The notes under the pieces were generated by a model, which saw nothing but the letters and a program-made list of their open reading frames with translations, did no database searches and had not been told where the DNA came from. A stretch of 64,000 nt of DNA from Lytechinus pictus (Eukaryota): positions 37,078,001 through 37,142,000 of the forward strand of contig NC_087251.1 in NCBI RefSeq assembly GCF_037042905.1, given 5' to 3'. Positions 54,252-64,000 of this stretch are shown here, piece after piece (the stretch's first letter is position 1; every line of letters begins with the position of its first letter). Made by a program: the position numbers and the translations under genes.

Positions 54252-55639
54252 GAGAGCTTGTAATCAATTCAAACCATTTTATTTTATGCAACAAGCAGAT
54301 AAATCCTTTTCTGTTAGAATTGATAATTTAATATCCTATCTAACACACAATTATATATTTTTTTTTAAAACCACCATGGGCATTTATTATATACATAATT
54401 GAACATTCAAAATCACATCACATGTTTACATATTTCTTTTTCAAACAAATATTCCAAATTAAGTTCTCGACAATCTTTTCCTGTTTTGTTTCTTATAAGT
54501 ATACATTTATAAATGCACCAAAAAGCAATTATAATGATTTGAATAAAGTACAGCAAATTCACCCTATTAACAACTAACAATTAACAATTAGGGGTTTGGT
54601 GAATGATAACATCTGTTCTCGTTGTGAAGTAGAGGAAGATATTCATTACGCTTTCATTTCTTGTGATTTGAACAAACCATTCTTTGAATTTTAAAAAAAA
54701 ATAATCCAGCAAATATTTCATAAAGATTTAGAAATCAATCATTAAAATTTTGTTTAAACATGAAGTAGACGAAAAATTAGTTTTACTTCTGACTATCGCA
54801 CTTTGGTGCATTCACAAAGTCATCGTTTTAAGAAACATGAGTGGAAACGAAAAGAGAGGCAATCCCAGAAGGAAAAACCAGTACGGCTGGACCAGTTACA
54901 CCAGTAAAATTTAATTGGTAACTCTGGAAATTGGAACAAAATATACTTGTCTGCTATAAGCTGGACCAGTAATTTTTTGATGGTCAAATTTAACTGGACC
55001 AGTAACAAATATACTGGTCAAACTAACTGGACCAGTAATAATTTTACTGGTCCAATTGAACTGGACCAGTACAAATTGTGGTGGACCAGTAATTTTACTG
55101 GTCAAATTATACTGGACCAGTACAATTTTTGCTGGACCAGTAATAATTTTACTGGTCAAATTAAACTGGACCAGTACAATTTTTGCTGGACCAGTAATAA
55201 TTTTACTGGTCAAATTAAACTGGGCCAGTACAATTTTTGCTGGACCAGTAATAAATTACTGGTCAAATTAAACTGGACCAGTACAATTTTGGCTGGACCA
55301 GTAATAATTTTACTGGTCAAATTAAACTGGATCTGAAATTCATATTTTTAAGAGAAATAGAAAGAAGAATAGAAATGAAACCTCGGTACAGAAAAAGATA
55401 TGTTCATCTACCCAAAGAAATTATGGAATATATTTGAAACACTGTGAATTTCATGTTTCCATTTAATGTTTTTTTAAATTTATGTTAAAGATTACGTAAG
55501 ATTATTGCACAATTACATTATTATGTAAATTTTTGTTTTAATTTCTGAAATTTCCTGTAATGTCATGTATGCTCATTTTCATAATGTGTTATGTTGTTTT
55601 GTTGTAAATAAAATCCTCTAATTGAGGCCAAAAAAAAAA
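54252..55639 (+). mobile_element. 5'-truncated, degenerate non-LTR retrotransposon (L1/Tx1-like ORF2 C-terminus, 3' UTR, poly-A)
   Basis: 54614-54664 translates to CSRCEVEEDIHYAFISC, a zf-RVT-like Cx2C..E..H.F..C motif with H changed to Y. After a frameshift comes EVDEKLVLLLTIALWCIHKVIVLRNMSGNEKRGN|LKFIFLREIERRIEMKPRYRKRYVHLPKEIMEYI* (stop 55435-37). AATAAA at 55607, A10 tail at 55630-55639. 15-bp TSD with 2 mismatches: TGTAATTAGGAATTT (54237-54251) and TGCAATTAGGCATTT (55640-55654). Confidence 0.72.
54865..55330. mobile_element. 466-bp insertion made mostly of a 54-bp minisatellite of near-palindromic ACTGGACCAGT/ACTGGTC motifs; probable remnant of a non-autonomous DNA transposon
   Basis: Flanked by an ATC direct repeat (54862-64 and 55331-33), with CCAG...CTGG ends (alternatively an AT TSD with a CCCAG start). 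The ACTGGTCAAA anchor occurs at 55097, 55151, 55205, 55258 and 55312. Removing the insertion restores the LINE reading frame (..KRGN-LKFIF..). Confidence 0.7.
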
Positions 55640-56041
55640 TGCAATTAGGCATTTCTTGGGTTGACTATTATTGATTATTAGATATGCAATCCTAAAAAAT
55701 AACTTTTTTTTTAAGTAACTAAATAAGTTTGTGAGTGAATTTTGAAACATAATTTTAAAAACAATGGCAAAGATAATGAAAATGTTAAGAGGAAGTTTAC
55801 TGCTTAGCAGGAAGTCTAATGACCATATATTTTGTTTCCTCTCATTTCTGCACAAACCTATTTTTGAACCCTTGACAAATCTCGTGTTCGTTCAAGCATG
55901 AACAAAATTCATTTCTTAAAATTGCATTTAAAATATAAGGTTTCAGAGCATCTATAAACATCAAAATATAGACATCATAATTTGAAAAAAAAATTTGATA
56001 GACTTTTCAAAATTGTCCAGTTTTTATTGATACGCACTGTA

Positions 56042-56670
56042 TTGATAGAATGAAGGGGCTTGTCCTTTGATAAGGTTCACTGGCCCTCTCTTATTATTTG
56101 CGCCCTTTTAAAAAGTATTTCTTTTTTACTATTGAGGGGTGAATAAAAATGAAAGTATTCTTGACTGAAAAGCAAAAGTGAAGATTGCCCCTGAAAATTT
56201 TTTCGGGTGTTTGTGGAGGGGAGTTTTCCTTCTGTCAATTCGTTTATAAGGGGGGGGGGGGGGTTAGTGCCTACATTTCAGTAGCCCACACTCCTATATA
56301 TTATTTATATTCTTTTTTTTGTCCTTATTTTAGTGTTGAAAGTAATTGGGGATTAAATAAAATTAAAAAACCTCCTGATAGCATACGGAAATATAGCTCC
56401 TAAAAGACCATTCGGTTGTTTGTTGGAAGTTTATTAAACCTCATTTCAATTTTTGGGTACTAAGAAGGGCTAGGGCTGATTTTTTTAGTTGCCCGCACTC
56501 CTATAATATACTCGATGTTTTAAAAATATTGAGAATGATATAATGGAAAAAGATTGCCTGTTGAAAGCAAATAGAAAAATTGCTCCTGGTAGAGCTTTCA
56601 GTTGTTTGTAGGGGGTTTCACATATTTGCAATCTAGGGTTACAAACAAGGGGCTAGTCCTAAAGTTAAAA
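56042..56670 (+). repeat. Highly degenerate SatB monomers (~3-4), + orientation
   Basis: Recognisable SatB motifs: AAGATTGCCCCTGAAA..GGGTGTTTGTGGAGGGG (56181-56221), GTAGCCCACAC (56281), AGGGCTAGGGCT..GTTGCCCGCAC (56466-56498), TTGCTCCTG..GTAGGGGGTTTC..ACAAGGGGCTAGT (56580-56657). Confidence 0.8.
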
Positions 56671-56784
56671 AAAATAGTGATCCCACCCTCCTGGGAAGAT
56701 TGATCCATAAAGAAATTTCTGGTATGTGGAGCGAGTTCCCTAATTCCTTCAATACGTTTATATTAACAAGTGGCAAGTACGCGT

Positions 56785-56854
56785 ACACACACACACACAA
56801 ACACACACCATCACACTGACACACCCTCACACGGACATATATATATATATATAT
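56785..56854 (+). repeat. Imperfect (CA)n and (AT)n microsatellites
   Basis: ACACACACACACACAAACACACAC... followed by ATATATATATATATATAT. Confidence 0.9.
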
Positions 56855-56913
56855 TCATATTTTTTTATATATAACTTCGAGGGAATTGAAAAAAAAAATG
56901 GTTGGAATTTATG

Positions 56914-56962
56914 AGGGCTCCAGCCCACAAAAGCCCTCCCCCTCTCCATCTGTACGCCAGTG
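56914..56962. mobile_element. Possible single terminus of a MITE (GC-rich hairpin ending ...CCATCTGTACGCCAGTG)
   Basis: A GGGCTCCAGCCC hairpin and C-tract are followed by TGTACGCCAGTG, which resembles GC-rich MITE ends. No partner end was found in the window. Confidence 0.3.
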
Positions 56963-57175
56963 TTGATAACAAAAGAGAGTCAGAATAACAGCTATAGAAA
57001 CAAGTGACCAAGCGAGAAAATTTCTTGGGTATTGAAAGTTATTTTGCATTATACACCACTTAAAAAGCCTATACAGTGCGAATTATATTTCTGTTTCACA
57101 ATGCTCTTTTTCGCGTATTATCTTACTTCAAAACAAAACAAAGTGGGGTTAATGGGGGAGAAGGCTGTAGCCCCC

Positions 57176-57241
57176 TTAACCCTATCTAGCCCGAGGAGGA
57201 GGGGGGAGCTTAAAAAGCCCCCCCCCTTGACATTTTTCGCT
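57176..57241 (+). mobile_element. Possible piggyBac-type terminal fragment (TTAA|CCCT...) next to the SatB inversion breakpoint
   Basis: TTAA (57176-79) is followed by CCCTATCTAGCCCG and a GGGGGGAGCTTAAAAGCCCCCCCC hairpin. No matching right end was seen. Confidence 0.3.
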
Positions 57242-57254
57242 AAACGTCTGTAAT

Positions 57255-60200
57255 GGGCTAATAAAAGTAAAGCACTAACCATTTGTTTTTGTTTACAAAT
57301 TGAAAGAAGGGAAACTCCCCTTCACACACCCGAAATTTGATTTAGGAGCAATCTTCCAATCAATCTTTATCAGAAAGAAAAGTCATTCTAGATTACTCTT
57401 CAATATACAAAAGAAACATAGAGTATATAGGGGTGTGGGCTACTAAAACTAAAGCACTAGCCCGTTGTTTTTCTTTACAAATTGAAAGAAGGGAAACCCT
57501 CCTACACACACCCAAAATATATTTCAGGAGCAATCTTCCAATTGTATTTTATAAAGAGGACTTTTAGTTGAAATTTACTCCTCAATATACGAAAAAACAT
57601 AGAGTATATAGGGGTGTGGGCTACTAAAACTAAAGCACTAGCCCGTTGTTTTTCTTTACAAATTGAAAGAAGGGAAACCCCCCTACACACACCCAAAATA
57701 TATTTCAGGAGCAATCTTCCAATTGTATTTTATAAAGAGGACTTTTAGTTGAAATTTACTCCTCAATATACGAAAAAACATAGAGTATATAGGGGTGTGG
57801 GCTACTAAAACTAAAGCACTAGCCCGTTGTTTTTCTTTACAAATTGAAAGAAGGGAAACCCTCCTACACACACCCAAAATATATTTCAGGAGCAATCTTC
57901 CAATTGTATTTTATAAAGAGGACTTTTAGTTGAAATTTACTCCTCAATATACGAAAAAACATAGAGTATATAGGGGTGTGGGCTACTAAAACTAAAGCAC
58001 TAGCCCGTTGTTTTTCTTTACAAATTGAAAGAAGGGAAACCCCCCTACACACACCCAAAATATATTTCAGGAGCAATCTTCCAATTGTATTTTATAAAGA
58101 GGACTTTTAGTTGAAATTTACTCCTCAATATAAAACATAGAGTATATAGGGGTGTGGGCTACTAAAACTAAAGCACTAGCCCGTTGTTTTTCTTTACAAA
58201 TTGAAAGAAGGGAAACCCCCCTACACACACCCAAAATATATTTCAGGAGCAATCTTCCAATTGTATTTTATAAAGAGGACTTTTAGTTGAAATTTACTCC
58301 TCAATATACGAAAAAACATAGAGTATATAGGGGTGTGGGCTACTAAAACTAAAGCACTAGCCCGTTGTTTTTCTTTACAAATTGAAAGAAGGGAAACCCT
58401 CCTACACACACCCAAAATATATTTCAGGAGCAATCTTCCAATTGTATTTTATAAAGAGGACTTTTAGTTGAAATTTACTCCTCAATATACGAAAAAACAT
58501 AGAGTATATAGGGGTGTGGGCTACTAAAACTAAAGCACTAGCCCGTTGTTTTTCTTTACAAATTGAAAGAAGGGAAACCCCCCTACACACACCCAAAATA
58601 TATTTCAGGAGCAATCTTCCAATTGTATTTTATAAAGAGGACTTTTAGTTGAAATTTACTCCTCAATATAAAACATAGAGTATATAGGGGTGTGGGCTAC
58701 TAAAACTAAAGCACTAGCCCGTTGTTTTTCTTTACAAATTGAAAGAAGGGAAACCCCCCTACACACACCCAAAATATATTTCAGGAGCAATCTTCCAATT
58801 GTATTTTATAAAGAGGACTTTTAGTTGAAATTTACTCCTCAATATACGAAAAAACATAGAGTATATAGGGGTGTGGGCTACTAAAACTAAAGCACTAGCC
58901 CGTTGTTTTTCTTTACAAATTGAAAGAAGGGAAACCCTCCTACACACACCCAAAATATATTTCAGGAGCAATCTTCCAATTGTATTTTATAAAGAGGACT
59001 TTTAGTTGAAATTTACTCCTCAATATACGAAAAAACATAGAGTATATAGGGGTGTGGGCTACTAAAACTAAAGCACTAGCCCGTTGTTTTTCTTTACAAA
59101 TTGAAAGAAGGGAAACCCCCCTACACACACCCAAAATATATTTCAGGAGCAATCTTCCAATTGTATTTTATAAAGAGGACTTTTAGTTGAAATTTACTCC
59201 TCAATATACGAAAAAACATAGAGTATATAGGGGTGTGGGCTACTAAAACTAAAGCACTAGCCCGTTGTTTTTCTTTACAAATTGAAAGAAGGGAAACCCT
59301 CCTACACACACCCAAAATATATTTCAGGAGCAATCTTCCAATTGTATTTTATAAAGAGGACTTTTAGTTGAAATTTACTCCTCAATATACGAAAAAACAT
59401 AGAGTATATAGGGGTGTGGGCTACTAAAACTAAAGCACTAGCCCGTTGTTTTTCTTTACAAATTGAAAGAAGGGAAACCCCCCTACACACACCCAAAATA
59501 TATTTCAGGAGCAATCTTCCAATTGTATTTTATAAAGAGGACTTTTAGTTGAAATTTACTCCTCAATATACGAAAAAACATAGAGTATATAGGGGTGTGG
59601 GCTACTAAAACTAAAGCACTAGCCCGTTGTTTTTCTTTACAAATTGAAAGAAGGGAAACCCCCCTACACACACCCAAAATATATTTCAGGAGCAATCTTC
59701 CAATTGTATTTTATAAAGAGGACTTTTAGTTGAAATTTACTCCTCAATATAAAACATAGAGTATATAGGGGTGTGGGCTACTAAAACTAAAGCACTAGCC
59801 CGTTGTTTTTCTTTACAAATTGAAAGAAGGGAAACCCCCCTACACACACCCAAAATATATTTCAGGAGCAATCTTCCAATTGTATTTTATAAAGAGGACT
59901 TTTAGTTGAAATTTACTCCTCAATATACGAAAAAACATAGAGTATATAGGGGTGTGGGCTACTAAAACTAAAGCACTAGCCCGTTGTTTTTCTTTACAAA
60001 TTGAAAGAAGGGAAACCCTCCTACACACACCCAAAATATATTTCAGGAGCAATCTTCCAATTGTATTTTATAAAGAGGACTTTTAGTTGAAATTTACTCC
60101 TCAATATACGAAAAAACATAGAGTATATAGGGGTGTGGGCTACTAAAACTAAAGCACTAGCCCGTTGTTTTTCTTTACAAATTGAAAGAAGGGAAACCCC

Positions 60201-63200
60201 CCTACACACACCCAAAATATATTTCAGGAGCAATCTTCCAATTGTATTTTATAAAGAGGACTTTTAGTTGAAATTTACTCCTCAATATAAAACATAGAGT
60301 ATATAGGGGTGTGGGCTACTAAAACTAAAGCACTAGCCCGTTGTTTTTCTTTACAAATTGAAAGAAGGGAAACCCCCCTACACACACCCAAAATATATTT
60401 CAGGAGCAATCTTCCAATTGTATTTTATAAAGAGGACTTTTAGTTGAAATTTACTCCTCAATATACGAAAAAACATAGAGTATATAGGGGTGTGGGCTAC
60501 TAAAACTAAAGCACTAGCCCGTTGTTTTTCTTTACAAATTGAAAGAAGGGAAACCCTCCTACACACACCCAAAATATATTTCAGGAGCAATCTTCCAATT
60601 GTATTTTATAAAGAGGACTTTTAGTTGAAATTTACTCCTCAATATACGAAAAAACATAGAGTATATAGGGGTGTGGGCTACTAAAACTAAAGCACTAGCC
60701 CGTTGTTTTTCTTTACAAATTGAAAGAAGGGAAACCCCCCTACACACACCCAAAATATATTTCAGGAGCAATCTTCCAATTGTATTTTATAAAGAGGACT
60801 TTTAGTTGAAATTTACTCCTCAATATAAAACATAGAGTATATAGGGGTGTGGGCTACTAAAACTAAAGCACTAGCCCGTTGTTTTTCTTTACAAATTGAA
60901 AGAAGGGAAACCCCCCTACACACACCCAAAATATATTTCAGGAGCAATCTTCCAATTGTATTTTATAAAGAGGACTTTTAGTTGAAATTTACTCCTCAAT
61001 ATACGAAAAAACATAGAGTATATAGGGGTGTGGGCTACTAAAACTAAAGCACTAGCCCGTTGTTTTTCTTTACAAATTGAAAGAAGGGAAACCCTCCTAC
61101 ACACACCCAAAATATATTTCAGGAGCAATCTTCCAATTGTATTTTATAAAGAGGACTTTTAGTTGAAATTTACTCCTCAATATACGAAAAAACATAGAGT
61201 ATATAGGGGTGTGGGCTACTAAAACTAAAGCACTAGCCCGTTGTTTTTCTTTACAAATTGAAAGAAGGGAAACCCCCCTACACACACCCAAAATATATTT
61301 CAGGAGCAATCTTCCAATTGTATTTTATAAAGAGGACTTTTAGTTGAAATTTACTCCTCAATATAAAACATAGAGTATATAGGGGTGTGGGCTACTAAAA
61401 CTAAAGCACTAGCCCGTTGTTTTTCTTTACAAATTGAAAGAAGGGAAACCCCCCTACACACACCCAAAATATATTTCAGGAGCAATCTTCCAATTGTATT
61501 TTATAAAGAGGACTTTTAGTTGAAATTTACTCCTCAATATACGAAAAAACATAGAGTATATAGGGGTGTGGGCTACTAAAACTAAAGCACTAGCCCGTTG
61601 TTTTTCTTTACAAATTGAAAGAAGGGAAACCCTCCTACACACACCCAAAATATATTTCAGGAGCAATCTTCCAATTGTATTTTATAAAGAGGACTTTTAG
61701 TTGAAATTTACTCCTCAATATACGAAAAAACATAGAGTATATAGGGGTGTGGGCTACTAAAACTAAAGCACTAGCCCGTTGTTTTTCTTTACAAATTGAA
61801 AGAAGGGAAACCCCCCTACACACACCCAAAATATATTTCAGGAGCAATCTTCCAATTGTATTTTATAAAGAGGACTTTTAGTTGAAATTTACTCCTCAAT
61901 ATACGAAAAAACATAGAGTATATAGGGGTGTGGGCTACTAAAACTAAAGCACTAGCCCGTTGTTTTTCTTTACAAATTGAAAGAAGGGAAACCCTCCTAC
62001 ACACACCCAAAATATATTTCAGGAGCAATCTTCCAATTGTATTTTATAAAGAGGACTTTTAGTTGAAATTTACTCCTCAATATACGAAAAAACATAGAGT
62101 ATATAGGGGTGTGGGCTACTAAAACTAAAGCACTAGCCCGTTGTTTTTCTTTACAAATTGAAAGAAGGGAAACCCCCCTACACACACCCAAAATATATTT
62201 CAGGAGCAATCTTCCAATTGTATTTTATAAAGAGGACTTTTAGTTGAAATTTACTCCTCAATATACGAAAAAACATAGAGTATATAGGGGTGTGGGCTAC
62301 TAAAACTAAAGCACTAGCCCGTTGTTTTTCTTTACAAATTGAAAGAAGGGAAACCCCCCTACACACACCCAAAATATATTTCAGGAGCAATCTTCCAATT
62401 GTATTTTATAAAGAGGACTTTTAGTTGAAATTTACTCCTCAATATAAAACATAGAGTATATAGGGGTGTGGGCTACTAAAACTAAAGCACTAGCCCGTTG
62501 TTTTTCTTTACAAATTGAAAGAAGGGAAACCCCCCTACACACACCCAAAATATATTTCAGGAGCAATCTTCCAATTGTATTTTATAAAGAGGACTTTTAG
62601 TTGAAATTTACTCCTCAATATACGAAAAAACATAGAGTATATAGGGGTGTGGGCTACTAAAACTAAAGCACTAGCCCGTTGTTTTTCTTTACAAATTGAA
62701 AGAAGGGAAACCCTCCTACACACACCCAAAATATATTTCAGGAGCAATCTTCCAATTGTATTTTATAAAGAGGACTTTTAGTTGAAATTTACTCCTCAAT
62801 ATACGAAAAAACATAGAGTATATAGGGGTGTGGGCTACTAAAACTAAAGCACTAGCCCGTTGTTTTTCTTTACAAATTGAAAGAAGGGAAACCCCCCTAC
62901 ACACACCCAAAATATATTTCAGGAGCAATCTTCCAATTGTATTTTATAAAGAGGACTTTTAGTTGAAATTTACTCCTCAATATAAAACATAGAGTATATA
63001 GGGGTGTGGGCTACTAAAACTAAAGCACTAGCCCGTTGTTTTTCTTTACAAATTGAAAGAAGGGAAACCCCCCTACACACACCCAAAATATATTTCAGGA
63101 GCAATCTTCCAATTGTATTTTATAAAGAGGACTTTTAGTTGAAATTTACTCCTCAATATACGAAAAAACATAGAGTATATAGGGGTGTGGGCTACTAAAA

Positions 63201-64000
63201 CTAAAGCACTAGCCCGTTGTTTTTCTTTACAAATTGAAAGAAGGGAAACCCTCCTACACACACCCAAAATATATTTCAGGAGCAATCTTCCAATTGTATT
63301 TTATAAAGAGGACTTTTAGTTGAAATTTACTCCTCAATATACGAAAAAACATAGAGTATATAGGGGTGTGGGCTACTAAAACTAAAGCACTAGCCCGTTG
63401 TTTTTCTTTACAAATTGAAAGAAGGGAAACCCCCCTACACACACCCAAAATATATTTCAGGAGCAATCTTCCAATTGTATTTTATAAAGAGGACTTTTAG
63501 TTGAAATTTACTCCTCAATATAAAACATAGAGTATATAGGGGTGTGGGCTACTAAAACTAAAGCACTAGCCCGTTGTTTTTCTTTACAAATTGAAAGAAG
63601 GGAAACCCCCCTACACACACCCAAAATATATTTCAGGAGCAATCTTCCAATTGTATTTTATAAAGAGGACTTTTAGTTGAAATTTACTCCTCAATATACG
63701 AAAAAACATAGAGTATATAGGGGTGTGGGCTACTAAAACTAAAGCACTAGCCCGTTGTTTTTCTTTACAAATTGAAAGAAGGGAAACCCTCCTACACACA
63801 CCCAAAATATATTTCAGGAGCAATCTTCCAATTGTATTTTATAAAGAGGACTTTTAGTTGAAATTTACTCCTCAATATACGAAAAAACATAGAGTATATA
63901 GGGGTGTGGGCTACTAAAACTAAAGCACTAGCCCGTTGTTTTTCTTTACAAATTGAAAGAAGGGAAACCCCCCTACACACACCCAAAATATATTTCAGGA
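57255..64000 (-). repeat. Satellite B, - orientation: ~37 nearly invariant 181/176-bp monomers with 538-bp and 2695-bp HORs; runs off the right edge of the window
   Basis: Reverse complement of the 181-bp SatB monomer (the same translated peptide appears on the - strand). Only two variable features are seen after ~57420: GAAACCC(C/T)CC and a 5-bp CGAAA deletion. The first monomer (57255-57420) is degenerate. Confidence 0.98.

Larger units (their letters stand above)
53838..56039. mobile_element. Tc1/mariner-type non-autonomous foldback element (MITE), ~0.8 kb once the nested LINE is removed
   Basis: Ends are TA|CAGTGCGTATCAATAAAAAC (TA 53836-37) and GTTTTTATTGATACGCACTG|TA (TA 56040-41). The ~400-bp arms 53838-54236 and 55640-56039 are diverged reverse complements (e.g. 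ATTATGATGTCTATATTTTGATGTT vs AACATCAAAATATAGACATCATAAT; TTGTTCATGCTTGA vs TCAAGCATGAACAA). CAGTG termini with a TA TSD are typical of Tc1/mariner. Confidence 0.85.

Noticed and set aside
54820..55336. ORFs of 62-129 aa with WTS/TGP repeats
   Set aside because: They are translations of the 54-bp minisatellite in several frames and on both strands.
57480..57540. Common ancestry of SatA and SatB (both contain GAAACCCCCC with a C>T variant, and AAATTGA)
   Set aside because: The similarity is limited to ~10-bp low-complexity words, and I could not extend an alignment by eye.
49994..61454. Near-equal periods of 2696 bp (+ arm duplication) and 2695 bp (- arm HOR)
   Set aside because: The two units differ in composition (one includes a 1.2-kb HINE, the other is 15 pure monomers), so this is treated as coincidence.
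47489..63986. Repeated 70-81 aa ORFs (MLLKYILGVCRGVSLL...) on both strands
   Set aside because: They are translations of SatB monomers starting at TTG. The 181-bp period breaks the frame in each unit.
1..64000. CRISPR array or other prokaryotic repeat-spacer system
   Set aside because: There are no unique spacers between repeats, the monomers are 176-195 bp, there are no cas-like ORFs, and the content is eukaryotic TE and satellite DNA.

Overview
This window is eukaryotic, gene-free, satellite-dominated DNA that looks like a pericentromeric or heterochromatic boundary. The repeat families suggest a marine invertebrate such as an echinoderm or mollusc, but that is inference only. Layout: (1) 1-45233 is a head-to-tail array of a 186-bp satellite (SatA, roughly 240 monomers, with 176- and 195-bp variants), organised into successive higher-order-repeat (HOR) domains with periods of 6159, 3942/1693, 1290 and 2615 bp. 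(2) 45234-47340 is a ~2.1-kb non-satellite spacer, partly CTAG/palindrome-rich. (3) 47341-~56670 is a second satellite (SatB, 181/191 bp) on the + strand. It carries two apparently identical copies of a 1.2-kb Helentron-associated (HINE/DINE-1-like) element whose 163-bp internal repeats are packed with nuclear-receptor half-sites. It also carries a three-layer nested insertion (Tc1-type foldback MITE > 5'-truncated LINE with poly-A and target-site duplication (TSD) > 466-bp CCAG..CTGG minisatellite insertion). (4) After a ~0.6-kb junction, SatB resumes in the opposite orientation (57255-64000) as an almost invariant 181/176-bp array with 538- and 2695-bp HORs. No protein-coding gene, RNA gene or CRISPR array is supported. 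The long ORFs are artefacts of a 62-codon stop-free satellite monomer.
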